From: Spirochaetota bacterium
GTDB lineage: Bacteria; Spirochaetota; UBA4802; UBA5550
Assembly: GCA_963664815.2 (NCBI GenBank)
Contig: CAXXHB010000003.1
Coordinates: 960,001-1,024,000, forward strand
Reading direction: 5' to 3'
DNA length: 64,000 nucleotides
The stretch's first letter is position 1; each line of letters opens with the position of its first letter. The position numbers and the translations under genes were made by a program. This document shows positions 19,528 through 29,328 of the stretch, one piece after another. The notes beneath the pieces are model-generated. The model was not told the origin of the DNA. It saw only the letters and a program-made list of their open reading frames with translations, and searched no databases.

Positions 19528-20193
19528 ATGAACAATAAAATCCGGATCTATATTGCTGATGATCATGCCATACTTAGAGACGGACTTAAGCTGATACTTC
19601 TGCGAAATGATGAATTTGAGATTGCAGGAGAGGCCGGAGACGGGAAGAAGGCTTTGGAGGAGATTGAAAAAATCAAACCCGATATTGTTCTTATTGATAT
19701 ATCAATGCCGGGAATGACAGGTCTTGAGGTTACAAGGCAGATAAAAAAATATAACAAAAAGATTAAAATAGTGATATTATCCCGCCACGATAATGAAATT
19801 CATATAAATGAGGCATTGCTTAACGGTGCTGATGGGTATATACTTAAAGATTATGCGGCTGACGAACTTATTCGCGCTTTAACTGAAGTAATGAAGGGGG
19901 AAATATACCTGAGTCCGAGCCTAATTACTCTGGTTATAACAAACAAAATCAGCATTTCCAGAAATAATCCGGATCAGCAGAAAATTAATCCGAATGATGT
20001 GCTGTCTAAAAGAGAAAAGCAGATTCTGATACATATAAGTGAAAGCAAAACAAGTAAGGAGATAGCTTCAATTCTGAGAATTTCAGAGGATACGGTTAAA
20101 GTTCACAGATCAAATATAATGAAGAAACTCAATTTACATAGATCTACAGAACTGACTAAATACGCCATTAAAAATGACTTTATTGAAATATAA
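19528..20193 (+). CDS. NarL/LuxR-family response regulator
   Basis: IADDH, IDISMP REC; LSKREKQIL...TVKVHRSNIMKKL LuxR HTH; start at ATG 19528 after a GGAGGGGG RBS. Confidence 0.9.
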   Translation: MNNKIRIYIADDHAILRDGLKLILLRNDEFEIAGEAGDGKKALEEIEKIKPDIVLIDISMPGMTGLEVTRQIKKYNKKIKIVILSRHDNEIHINEALLNGADGYILKDYAADELIRALTEVMKGEIYLSPSLITLVITNKISISRNNPDQQKINPNDVLSKREKQILIHISESKTSKEIASILRISEDTVKVHRSNIMKKLNLHRSTELTKYAIKNDFIEI

Positions 20194-20236
20194 ATATTTT
20201 ATGTTTTGCAGTAGAATAAAATAAATCCCGGGGATT

Positions 20237-20737
20237 TTATTTTACGACCTTTTCGTTTTCTCTCTGTGTTTTGGCTATCATAAGAAGTCTGAAGAATTTA
20301 TCCCATTCTTTTTCATCAACTATTCTCCAGTTCCCTTTACCTCTTTTATTTTCAACGTACTCCCTTTTTATATTTTCAACAGATGCTTTCTTGGCAAGAA
20401 AAATCCAGAGCAGCAGGAAAACTATTATGGCAGCTATTATGAATGAATATTTAATAATAATGAATGATTCCGTTTTACCGGCAGCCATGTAAATTACTAC
20501 AAGGAGAAGAGCGGAGGCTGTCCCGGTAATCATCAGGGAAAGAAAAAAGTTTGATATCCATCCTTTACCTGAGAGAATATCTTTCACGGAAAGTTCAAGG
20601 GTATGTTCTTCTATTGTACTGTCGTCCATTTCAAGCACCATCTTTGAAAAAACTGTTCCCGGAACAACCTTCTCGACATTGTTTACCATAATGCTTCTGA
20701 ACCTGTAAGTATTATTTCCCATATTTCCTCCAGTCAT
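20237..20737 (-). CDS. Hypothetical two-TM membrane protein
   Basis: 166-aa ORF with two hydrophobic segments; start may be 20722 (GGAGG upstream). Confidence 0.6.
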   Translation of the reverse strand: MTGGNMGNNTYRFRSIMVNNVEKVVPGTVFSKMVLEMDDSTIEEHTLELSVKDILSGKGWISNFFLSLMITGTASALLLVVIYMAAGKTESFIIIKYSFIIAAIIVFLLLWIFLAKKASVENIKREYVENKRGKGNWRIVDEKEWDKFFRLLMIAKTQRENEKVVK

Positions 20738-21040
20738 TCCACAACACCGGGAATGATAAAATCCGGAATAATATCCGGTAAAATAAAACCAAGGTCAAGC
20801 AATAATCGTATATTATATCGCATTCTTTTATAAACCGTTAAAGAAATTGAGAATGTAAACAGGTCAAATATACAAAGAAACAGGTATCTGTCAAACATGA
20901 GAGGGAATTTTCAGATATTTCAGAATGATTTATTATCAATTTTTTAAATTCAGGGAGTATTTACACTGATACAGGTCATTTAATGAAATTATATTCAAAC
21001 CAGTATCAGCCGATAGTTTTTATCTGCCTCAATGGTTATA

Positions 21041-22915
21041 TTACCTGGCGGTTTCGGCTGTTGTGCTTTTACTGATTGCCTCGTATAATACATTGAGTAT
21101 CCTTGAACGGATATTCATACTGGCAAGTTTATTCGGTGTTTTAGGATAAGTCCGGTTTGAAAGAAATATGAAAATAAGGTTGTTCTCAGGATCAGCCCAG
21201 ACGCAGGTTCCGGTAAATCCGGTATGTCCGAATATTTTCCGGGATGCCATGGATGAAGGAAACCCGTACCTGCTTTCCGGATCCCACCCGTCAAACCCGA
21301 GTGTGCGGCGGTTGAGGTCTGAACACTTTGCGGTAAAGCTGTCAACAGTCTCCCCTCTGAAATATGTGGCGCCTCCGTAGCTTCCGCGGTTTAACAACAT
21401 CTGAAATAATATGGCCAGATCATTTCCATCAGAAAAAAGCCCGGCATGACCCGCCACTCCACCAGTCATGGCGGCGGCCTGGTCATGAACATATCCGGTC
21501 AGGGTTGTATTTCTGAAGTAGTCATCAACTTCCGTGGGTACCAGCCTTTCCCGCGAAAACCTTTCACGCGGATTAAATCCTGAGGTCTGCATCCCCAGCG
21601 GAATGTAGAAATTGTTGTTCAGGTATTTATAAAAGCTCTGCCCTGTTCTTCTTTCAACCAGTTCTTTGACAAAGAACATGCCGATGTCGCTGTATACATA
21701 TCTCCCTCTTGTTTCAACAGGAGATTTCAGGATGCGGGGCCACATATTCTTTTTATAATAATTTTTTCTCAGAAAATATTTATCTGTTACCCTTACACTG
21801 TATGCTGCGGAATATTTTGTTCTGTAGTCGTCTTTTGTTATATACCTGCTGAAATCAAGCGATGGTGAGAGTCCCGCCTCATGCGTCATAAGCTCCTTCA
21901 CCGTTATGTTTTTCTTGTTAGTCCTTCGCGTTTCGGGTATATATGATGAGACGGCTCTTTCAAGAATGAGTTTTTTCTGTTCGTAAAGGCGCATGACGGC
22001 AATTGTCGTTGCGGCTGATTTGGTTATAGATGCAAGATCGTATATGTCTGTTGTGCTGACTGCCTGTTTGCCGTCATAGGTATGGTACCCGTATGATTTT
22101 TCAAAAATTACCTTCCCGTCTTTAACAACTATTATTACCGCACCCGGGGTGGCCTTCCCGCTGATTGCCTCATCCATGATTTCATCTACAGGTTTGAGGT
22201 CGTCACAATTGATACCTGCATCTTCAGGGACTGTATATTTTAAACGAACCGGAGATAGGCATTTTCCGTTTGAAGATATTGATACTCCTCCGAAGACAGC
22301 CTGTGCGCAATAAACTGCCGAAATCTCAGAGTCCATGGGGGTAATTATCACCGGATAACTGAGTTTGTCCGTGTTTTTCAATATGCCGCTTTCACCTGCA
22401 GCGCAGATTATTAATTGTTTTGTTTTCCTGAGATTGTTAATGAATTTAAAAACCCGGGGGGTATCGAGGGCTTTGCCTGTGGCTTGTATTATTACTGTAT
22501 TAAACGTTTTTAACTTTCTGTTTAACTCTTTCATGTCAGAAATCTTAAAAGACCCTCCAGTAACAGAAAAGGAAGTAACCTGCGAATATTTCCTGAGCAT
22601 GCCTGTAAAGGGAGTGGAGTGTTCTGAATCAATACTGATACATGCAATTTTCCGTTTTTCAAGATTTTTCAGCGGGAGAATATTTTTAGCGTTATTAAAA
22701 AGAGCTGTTGAATCTTCAACTTTCTTCTGCTCCCCGAGGCAGAGTAAATTATTGTTATGCTGTTCAGATTCGGCGCAATTTACCGGAAATGCGGCATAAA
22801 GTATCAGTGAAAGAGCTGCAATGGTAAGGGATAGAACTCCTGCCGGCGAAAGCCCCGATATTTTTTTTATTGCATTCACAAAGGAATATTTCTTCAGAAT
22901 GCTTGTTGATGTCAA
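21041..22915 (-). CDS. Secreted serine hydrolase, beta-lactamase/AmpC family, with an N-terminal GH3-C-like alpha/beta domain
   Basis: YDLASITK (SxxK), LMTHEAGL, YVYSD, GHAGLFS, GHTGFTG. Confidence 0.85.
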   Translation of the reverse strand: MTSTSILKKYSFVNAIKKISGLSPAGVLSLTIAALSLILYAAFPVNCAESEQHNNNLLCLGEQKKVEDSTALFNNAKNILPLKNLEKRKIACISIDSEHSTPFTGMLRKYSQVTSFSVTGGSFKISDMKELNRKLKTFNTVIIQATGKALDTPRVFKFINNLRKTKQLIICAAGESGILKNTDKLSYPVIITPMDSEISAVYCAQAVFGGVSISSNGKCLSPVRLKYTVPEDAGINCDDLKPVDEIMDEAISGKATPGAVIIVVKDGKVIFEKSYGYHTYDGKQAVSTTDIYDLASITKSAATTIAVMRLYEQKKLILERAVSSYIPETRRTNKKNITVKELMTHEAGLSPSLDFSRYITKDDYRTKYSAAYSVRVTDKYFLRKNYYKKNMWPRILKSPVETRGRYVYSDIGMFFVKELVERRTGQSFYKYLNNNFYIPLGMQTSGFNPRERFSRERLVPTEVDDYFRNTTLTGYVHDQAAAMTGGVAGHAGLFSDGNDLAILFQMLLNRGSYGGATYFRGETVDSFTAKCSDLNRRTLGFDGWDPESRYGFPSSMASRKIFGHTGFTGTCVWADPENNLIFIFLSNRTYPKTPNKLASMNIRSRILNVLYEAISKSTTAETAR

Positions 22916-23316
22916 TTATATTACCTGATACTGTGGATTATGTTTAGCAGTAAGATAGAATATAAAACTTCGGATAGCAGGTAAAATTGCAGCAGTTTAA
23001 ACTTACAGTTATTGTTGTGTATATTCCAATTCCTGACCGGCAATTGGAAATGCCGGCGAAATTTTTTCTGACAGGAATGTAAATCTGTTTATGGATGTTA
23101 AATCCTCTGTTACATATACTTAACTAAAGCAGGGAAATCTCCCCATTATAAATACAGATCATTCCCCTATTTACAAAAAGCGTCAGTCGGCCTATTATAC
23201 TATAATGGTTAGACCTTGATATATTTTAGTGCAGAAATATTCAGTATATTCCTGCCGGCCTTATAGGCAGGGATATGCTGCACATTTTTAATCACAGACG
23301 CAGGTTGAATAATAAA

Positions 23317-23334
23317 AACTGAACTTGTTCAGTT
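23317..23334. promoter_or_regulatory. Candidate operator AACTGAAC-TT-GTTCAGTT
   Basis: Perfect 8-bp inverted repeat just downstream of a TTGAAT hexamer in a divergent intergenic region. Confidence 0.45.
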
Positions 23335-23524
23335 AAAAATAAAGGGTGTTGGCAATAACTCAATTTATAAGCGGAGTACTGGAAGGATTTTTTAAGATTT
23401 TCACTTTGATGTTAACCGGTGTATTGGCTGTTGATACTTACTGGCCTGCATTGATAACATCATGGTGGAAGCTCCTTCAATGACTCCGCATGGAATACTT
23501 AAATAACATACAGGAGTTAATAAA

Positions 23525-24505
23525 ATGTTTCTGTTCGAATCGATCCCTTTACAGTCAGCCCTGATGTGGCTTGCAGTCCTTGCCGGTCTGATTCTTCTCA
23601 ATGAACTGGCCCGAATGAACAAATGGTTCTCCCTTCTGATTTTCCTCTTATTACCCCTTATCCTGATTTTCACAGTCTGGCCACGGACTGCAGGTGAAGG
23701 CTCCGGTACCGTTACATGGTTTTGCCGGGTTCAGGTGTATTCGGCGCTGGCCGGATGTCTCGGCTTCCTTGCGCTGAGACATGTCCATGGAGCCGCTAAA
23801 AACAGGTTATTCATGATGTTTCCCCCATTCATTCTGGTGTTAAGCATAATGGAAGCCTGTATCCGTGATTTTCAGAGTTACAGTTTTAATGGCGTGTATG
23901 ACGGCGTATTGACGGCCGGTGGTCCATGGAATATAATTAATGCTATCGCCGGGTTGCTTAGTATAATCACAATCTCAGGCTGTCTTGGCATCTATATCAG
24001 CAGGGACAAAAAGAAAGACATGCTCTGGCCGGATATGCTCTGGTTCTGGATTATTGCATATGATCTGTGGAACTTCGCCTATATTTACAACTGTTACCCG
24101 GATCACGCGTTTTATACCGGAGCGGCATTGCTGGTTTCATGTACAATTCCCGCTTTTTTCATCAGGAAAGGGGCATGGCTGCAGCATCGCGTACAGACCC
24201 TGGCAATCTGGATGATGTTTGTTATGTGTTTTCCATCTTTTGTAGATTCATCAGTATATGCTGTAAAATCATCCCACAGTACTGCGGCTTTGTGGACAGT
24301 GAGTTTGATCGCGCTGTTTTGCAACGTTGCGGTTTTTGTCTGTCATATGTACAGAATTTTAAAATACAGACTGAATCCTTTGAAGGATGAAGTTTATGTC
24401 GGTCTGAAATCCTTCAGGGATGTCAAGTATGCGGATGTCTCCTCTTCGGATGAGGTATACTATAGATTCGGCTATTACGAAACTACATTATGGAATCCTT
24501 ATTAG
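23525..24505 (+). CDS. DUF5692-family multi-pass membrane protein
   Basis: MFLFESIP...LNELAR, DMLWPDMLWFWIIAYDLWNFAY, GAWLQHR; AGGAG RBS. Confidence 0.75.
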   Translation: MFLFESIPLQSALMWLAVLAGLILLNELARMNKWFSLLIFLLLPLILIFTVWPRTAGEGSGTVTWFCRVQVYSALAGCLGFLALRHVHGAAKNRLFMMFPPFILVLSIMEACIRDFQSYSFNGVYDGVLTAGGPWNIINAIAGLLSIITISGCLGIYISRDKKKDMLWPDMLWFWIIAYDLWNFAYIYNCYPDHAFYTGAALLVSCTIPAFFIRKGAWLQHRVQTLAIWMMFVMCFPSFVDSSVYAVKSSHSTAALWTVSLIALFCNVAVFVCHMYRILKYRLNPLKDEVYVGLKSFRDVKYADVSSSDEVYYRFGYYETTLWNPY

Positions 24506-24543
24506 GACTTTTGCCGGTTCAGGATTGAATTTGACGTAATAGC

Positions 24544-24578
24544 AGTTTACCCTCCCGAACCGGGAGGGTAAACTTTTT
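24544..24578 (+). terminator. Intrinsic terminator
   Basis: 14-bp perfect stem AGTTTACCCTCCCG/CGGGAGGGTAAACT followed by a T-tract. Confidence 0.85.
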
Positions 24579-24714
24579 AAACATATCTCATGCCGGATCT
24601 GATAAATCTTTATAATAGAAACACCATCCTTGACAGAAGAATTATAAATCAGATTCTGAAACCTTCAGTAATTTAAATTACTGTAATTCCACTGAATTGC
24701 ATTATGGCAAACCA

Positions 24715-25686
24715 TTAAAGCCCGGCGATAAAAACAGCTCGAACAGGTGCGGGGTATCCTTCAATTGTTCTGCTGTTGTCATCTGGTTTAAGGAAATCGG
24801 CGAGGGTCTCGGTGTTAATCCACTCTGTCTTTCTCTGTTCTTCTGCAGTTGTCGCGGATATATCAACGCAGCGTATATCTCTGAAACCGGCTTTCTTCAG
24901 CCACGAGGCAAGAACCGGTATTGACGGTATAAAATACACATTCGGCATCTTCGCGTAACGATCCTCAGGGATAAGGGCGGTATGGGTTTCTCCCTCAATT
25001 ATAAGGGTCTCAAGAACAACTTCACCGTCTCCTGTGAGCATTTTCCTTATCTGTGTGAGAAAATCTACAGGTGACCTTCTGTGATAGAGTATCCCCATGC
25101 AGAAAATTGTGTCAAACTTTTTGTCAAGAGATGTTACATCCTCAAATCTCAGGGGAAGTGTGAAGATATTGTTTATTCCGGCCATTGAGTTCAACATCAT
25201 AAACTGGTAGTAGAAGTTCGTATAAGGCTCTATACCCATTACCATTGACGGATTATACTCCATCATCCTGAACATATAGTAACCGTTGCTGGAACCAATG
25301 TCCAGTATATGACGGCCTTCAGGCGATTTGATGCTGCTGATTACCCTGTCCCATTTAAGATTTGATCTCCATTCGGAATCTATATATATTCCGAAAATCT
25401 CAAATGGGCCCTTGCGCCATGGCCACATTGTGAGGAGCGAATTGCGCAGTTCCGTTCTAAGATTGTCATCTATCTCTTCAGGGTTTCCGATTTTTACAAC
25501 CGATGAGGTAAAACCGGTATATGACGCTTTAAGAGAACTGTATTTATTAACGACAGCAGAAAAGAGTTTGCCCTTGTTGTCGGTTTTTGAAAGATAACTG
25601 ATCCTTGATCCGGAAATCGTTTCAAGGTGAGAAATATCTTTATCAGAGAATCCAAGTTCATTAGTGCAGGAGGGCATTATCTTCAT
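24715..25686 (-). CDS. cmoB: tRNA U34 carboxymethyltransferase CmoB
   Basis: PWRKGPF, IDSEWRS, MGILYHRRSP, RYAKMPNVYF, TIEGYPAP; ATGA overlap with cmoA. Confidence 0.9.
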   Translation of the reverse strand: MKIMPSCTNELGFSDKDISHLETISGSRISYLSKTDNKGKLFSAVVNKYSSLKASYTGFTSSVVKIGNPEEIDDNLRTELRNSLLTMWPWRKGPFEIFGIYIDSEWRSNLKWDRVISSIKSPEGRHILDIGSSNGYYMFRMMEYNPSMVMGIEPYTNFYYQFMMLNSMAGINNIFTLPLRFEDVTSLDKKFDTIFCMGILYHRRSPVDFLTQIRKMLTGDGEVVLETLIIEGETHTALIPEDRYAKMPNVYFIPSIPVLASWLKKAGFRDIRCVDISATTAEEQRKTEWINTETLADFLKPDDNSRTIEGYPAPVRAVFIAGL

Positions 25687-26414
25687 GGTTCCTTCCTGCA
25701 TAGAAATGCCGCGAAGTGGAACCATTTGAACCATATTTCAATTTCATTAAAACCAGCCTTTCTGAATCTTTCAATATGTGCTTCAACTGTTTCCGGAATC
25801 AGAACATTTTCCAGTGCTTCCCTTTTTTTTGTAATTTCGATTTTCGAGTAACCGTTAGTCTCTTTCAGTCTGTAGTAATAATCCTGCTGCAGTTGTGCCA
25901 GATTTTTGCTTGAGTTTACCGTTTTTTCAGTTATCAGAAAGACCCCGCCCGGTATAAGGGCATCGTAGACTCTATTTATCAGTATATCCCTTTTTTCAAC
26001 GGGGATAAACTGAAGTGTCAGGTTGGCGATTATTACAGAGGATTTTTCAAACTCTATGTCCATTATATCGGAGAGTACCGGTGTAATCCTTTCATACCCG
26101 ATATAACCTGAAATCCTCCCTTTAAAAAATTCAAGCATCGGCGCGGAGTTGTCTACAGCGATGAGATGAAAATCTTTTTCACCCATTTCAGAGATAAATC
26201 CTGCAGTAAAATTTCCGTTTGAACAGCCAAGGTCATATACTTTTGTGCCGGTTTTATAAAATCTTGCGGTCAGGCTGCTCTGCAGTTCTATAATTTCCCT
26301 GTAATGAGGAACGGATCTTGTGATCATGTCGTCGAAAACAGAAGCTACCTTTTCATTGAACTCAAAAGGGGAGACGTCACCTTCAATATTAAATAAATTA
26401 TCTTTTTGATTCAT
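25683..26414 (-). CDS. cmoA: Carboxy-SAM synthase CmoA
   Basis: FEFNEKVASVFDDMITRSVP, YDLGCS, TLQF, KREALENVL; adjacent to cmoB. Confidence 0.9.
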   Translation of the reverse strand: MNQKDNLFNIEGDVSPFEFNEKVASVFDDMITRSVPHYREIIELQSSLTARFYKTGTKVYDLGCSNGNFTAGFISEMGEKDFHLIAVDNSAPMLEFFKGRISGYIGYERITPVLSDIMDIEFEKSSVIIANLTLQFIPVEKRDILINRVYDALIPGGVFLITEKTVNSSKNLAQLQQDYYYRLKETNGYSKIEITKKREALENVLIPETVEAHIERFRKAGFNEIEIWFKWFHFAAFLCRKEP

Positions 26415-26894
26415 TAGCTTTATCCATTAGCTTTTCCTTTTTCGGAGCTGACCAGATCAGCGCAGGAAATTTTTATTCAGGGATTTTATCACTGCAATAA
26501 TACTTAAGTATATGAACAGCTTTCAATAATTGAGAATAATTTGTAAAGCAATCTTTGAATTGATTTAAAATGGCAGGTTATTCCGGAGATCACAGTGCTT
26601 CGCGCATTTGTGATCCTGAAAATAAATTGCTGCACTGATTTACTCTGAAAACATAAAGCTTATATTTAAAATATGGTGTGTAAAATTTTTATTATTATAG
26701 TTGCATTTTTATAAAATATTGATATTATAGTGTTAGTGAAAAGTTTCAATAATAGTTCTTAAACACTATTATAATAAGAAAATGCTATATTCTCACCTTC
26801 GTCGAAGGCGGTAATGAGAGTTAGTCATTCATTTTATATTAAAATTTATGTTAAGGAATTAACATCGAAAAATATAGTCTTTCAGGAGGATTTT

Positions 26895-27893
26895 GTGACC
26901 TTCAGAGAAGCGCAGTACTATAACAGGAGAGAAGATGCTGCCGAATGTCTGCTCTGCCCTCATCACTGTATTCTCAGGGAAGGGAGGGCTGGTGTATGCG
27001 GAGTCAGGGAGAACAGGGGGGGGAAACTATACACGTTGAATTATGGGGAGATTACATCCTGTGCCATGGATCCAATGGAAAAAAAACCTCTGTACCACTT
27101 CTATCCCGGTACGGAAATCTTTTCAATAGGGACAAAGGGGTGCAATCTGAAATGTCCCTTTTGCCAGAACTGGTCAATATCACAGGATCTTGATGCAAGG
27201 TCGTCATATCGCTCACCGGAAGAGATTGTAAAAATGGCGCTATCCAGCGGATCGAAAGGCATCGCGTATACATATTCAGAGCCGACTGTCTGGTTTGAAT
27301 TTGTTAAGGATACTGCACTGCTCGCAAAAGATAAAGGTCTGAAAAATGTTCTTGTGACAAACGGATATGTGAATCCTGCTCCTCTTGAAGAGTTAAGCGG
27401 TTTTATAGATGCTATGAACATCGACCTGAAGTGTTATAACTCAGACGTTTACAGCACTGTTCTTAAAGGGGGGCTTGAATCTGTAAAGAATACAATAAAA
27501 AAAGCGTATGAACTCGGCTGTTTTATTGAAATTACAACGCTCATTGTAACCGGGATAAACGATAAACTTGAGGAGCTGATGGAGATCGCCGGTTTTATCG
27601 CCTCAATAGATAAAAGAATACCGTGGCACCTGTCACGCTATTATCCTTCATACAGGTATAATAAACCCGCCACGGATGTGAATTTTCTTACCGAAGTATG
27701 GGAGTCTGCAATTGAGGTTCTTGATTACGTCTTTACAGGGAACATCCATCCATCCGATGCGCGGAGTGATACGGTGTGCCCTGAATGCCATACTGTTGTG
27801 ATAAGCAGAAACGGTTATCACACTGTTGTTAAGGAACTTGAAAATGGAAAATGCAACCAGTGCGGCTATGATCTGGGAATAATTCATAAATAA
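26895..27893 (+). CDS. amrS: AmmeMemoRadiSam-system radical SAM enzyme
   Basis: CLLCPHHC, DPMEKKPLYHF, GCNLKCPFCQN, AYTYSEP; GTG start after AGGAGG. Confidence 0.9.
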   Translation: MTFREAQYYNRREDAAECLLCPHHCILREGRAGVCGVRENRGGKLYTLNYGEITSCAMDPMEKKPLYHFYPGTEIFSIGTKGCNLKCPFCQNWSISQDLDARSSYRSPEEIVKMALSSGSKGIAYTYSEPTVWFEFVKDTALLAKDKGLKNVLVTNGYVNPAPLEELSGFIDAMNIDLKCYNSDVYSTVLKGGLESVKNTIKKAYELGCFIEITTLIVTGINDKLEELMEIAGFIASIDKRIPWHLSRYYPSYRYNKPATDVNFLTEVWESAIEVLDYVFTGNIHPSDARSDTVCPECHTVVISRNGYHTVVKELENGKCNQCGYDLGIIHK

Positions 27894-28123
27894 TGTATCA
27901 GCGTATTAAATTCCGTATCTTCAGCCTGATCCCCTGATCGGGACTTAAAAGAATGCTTTACAAATAAGCCTGAATTATTAAGTAAGTTTATAGAATATAG
28001 AAGCGATATGACCTTCCGAAAGTATAATTTGCCTTCACCTGAAGAGAGGGCAGAGGAACGGTTATTGACGACATTGTGATTTTTTTAATCATACCGGGCA
28101 TAATTGAAAGAATGTGGAGGAAT

Positions 28124-29182
28124 ATGAAAGTGAAAATATTAGTGACAGGAACTGCAGGATTTATAGGATTTCATACTGTTCTTAAACTCATGGATAAGTG
28201 CGATGACATAACCGGTATTGATGCAATAAATGATTACTATGATGTCAACCTTAAGTACGGGAGACTTGCTGAAACGGGAATAGATCGAAGCGATGTTGAG
28301 TATAATATACCGGTTAAAAGTAAGAAGTCCGGTAAGTATAAATTTATAAAACTCAACCTTGAAGACCGTGAGGCAATGAACAGGCTTTTCGAACAGGAGA
28401 AGTTTACACATGTATGCCATCTCGCAGCACAGGCAGGGGTAAGGTACTCAATAGAAAACCCCTATGCATATATCGATTCCAACATCAACGGGTTTATTAA
28501 TATACTTGAATGCTGCAGGAATTATAAGGTTGAACATCTGGTATATGCAAGCAGTTCTTCGGTTTACGGTCTTAATGAAAAAATTCCGTTTTCAACCTCT
28601 GATAATGTAGATCATCCCGTGAGTCTGTACGCTGCAACAAAGAAGAGCAATGAACTTATGGCCCATGCCTACAGTCATCTCTATAAAATTCCTGTTACCG
28701 GACTCAGGTTTTTTACCGTATATGGGCCATGGGGCCGTCCCGATATGGCATACTTCAGTTTCACGAAAGCGATTTCTGAAGGTAAGTCTATCAATATATT
28801 TAATAACGGCGACATGATGCGCGATTTTACTTACATTGATGATATCGTGGAGGGTGTGGTGAGAGTTATATCCCTTGTCCCGCAAGGGAGCAGCAGCTGG
28901 TCCGGGATGAAGCCGGATCCGTCGTGTTCGAAAGCCCCGTATAAAATTTATAACATAGGGAACAACAATCCTGTCAAGCTTCTGGATTTTGTAAGAGTAA
29001 TAGAGAAGGAACTCGGGAAAGAGGGTGATAAGAAGTATCTTCCCATGCAGGCGGGGGATGTTTACGCTACCTATGCTGATGTTGATGATATTGCGAAAGA
29101 TACAGGATTCAGGCCTTCAACCCCGATAGCTGAAGGAATGAGTAAATTTATTCAGTGGTATAAAGGATATTATTCTGTCTGA
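28124..29182 (+). CDS. NAD-dependent epimerase, UDP-glucuronate 4-epimerase type
   Basis: VTGTAGFIG, HLAAQAGVRYS, YAATK, YGPWGRPDM. Confidence 0.9.
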   Translation: MKVKILVTGTAGFIGFHTVLKLMDKCDDITGIDAINDYYDVNLKYGRLAETGIDRSDVEYNIPVKSKKSGKYKFIKLNLEDREAMNRLFEQEKFTHVCHLAAQAGVRYSIENPYAYIDSNINGFINILECCRNYKVEHLVYASSSSVYGLNEKIPFSTSDNVDHPVSLYAATKKSNELMAHAYSHLYKIPVTGLRFFTVYGPWGRPDMAYFSFTKAISEGKSINIFNNGDMMRDFTYIDDIVEGVVRVISLVPQGSSSWSGMKPDPSCSKAPYKIYNIGNNNPVKLLDFVRVIEKELGKEGDKKYLPMQAGDVYATYADVDDIAKDTGFRPSTPIAEGMSKFIQWYKGYYSV

Positions 29183-29328
29183 ACTGACAATACTGAAATA
29201 ATTATCTCTCCGGGGAATCTCGCAATAAAAAAGTATATGATGATGGGGAAAGTGTAGTTTTTCCTTTGATTTTCTCACTTTTAACATTCATTTAATGTCT
29301 TTACGGCTTTGCATTAATTGATTATATT

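Noticed and set aside
26588-26615. 11-bp bulged hairpin GATCACAGTGC/GCATTTGTGATC between cmoA and amrS
   Set aside because: Single occurrence, no T-tract, no match to a known RNA family that I can recognise
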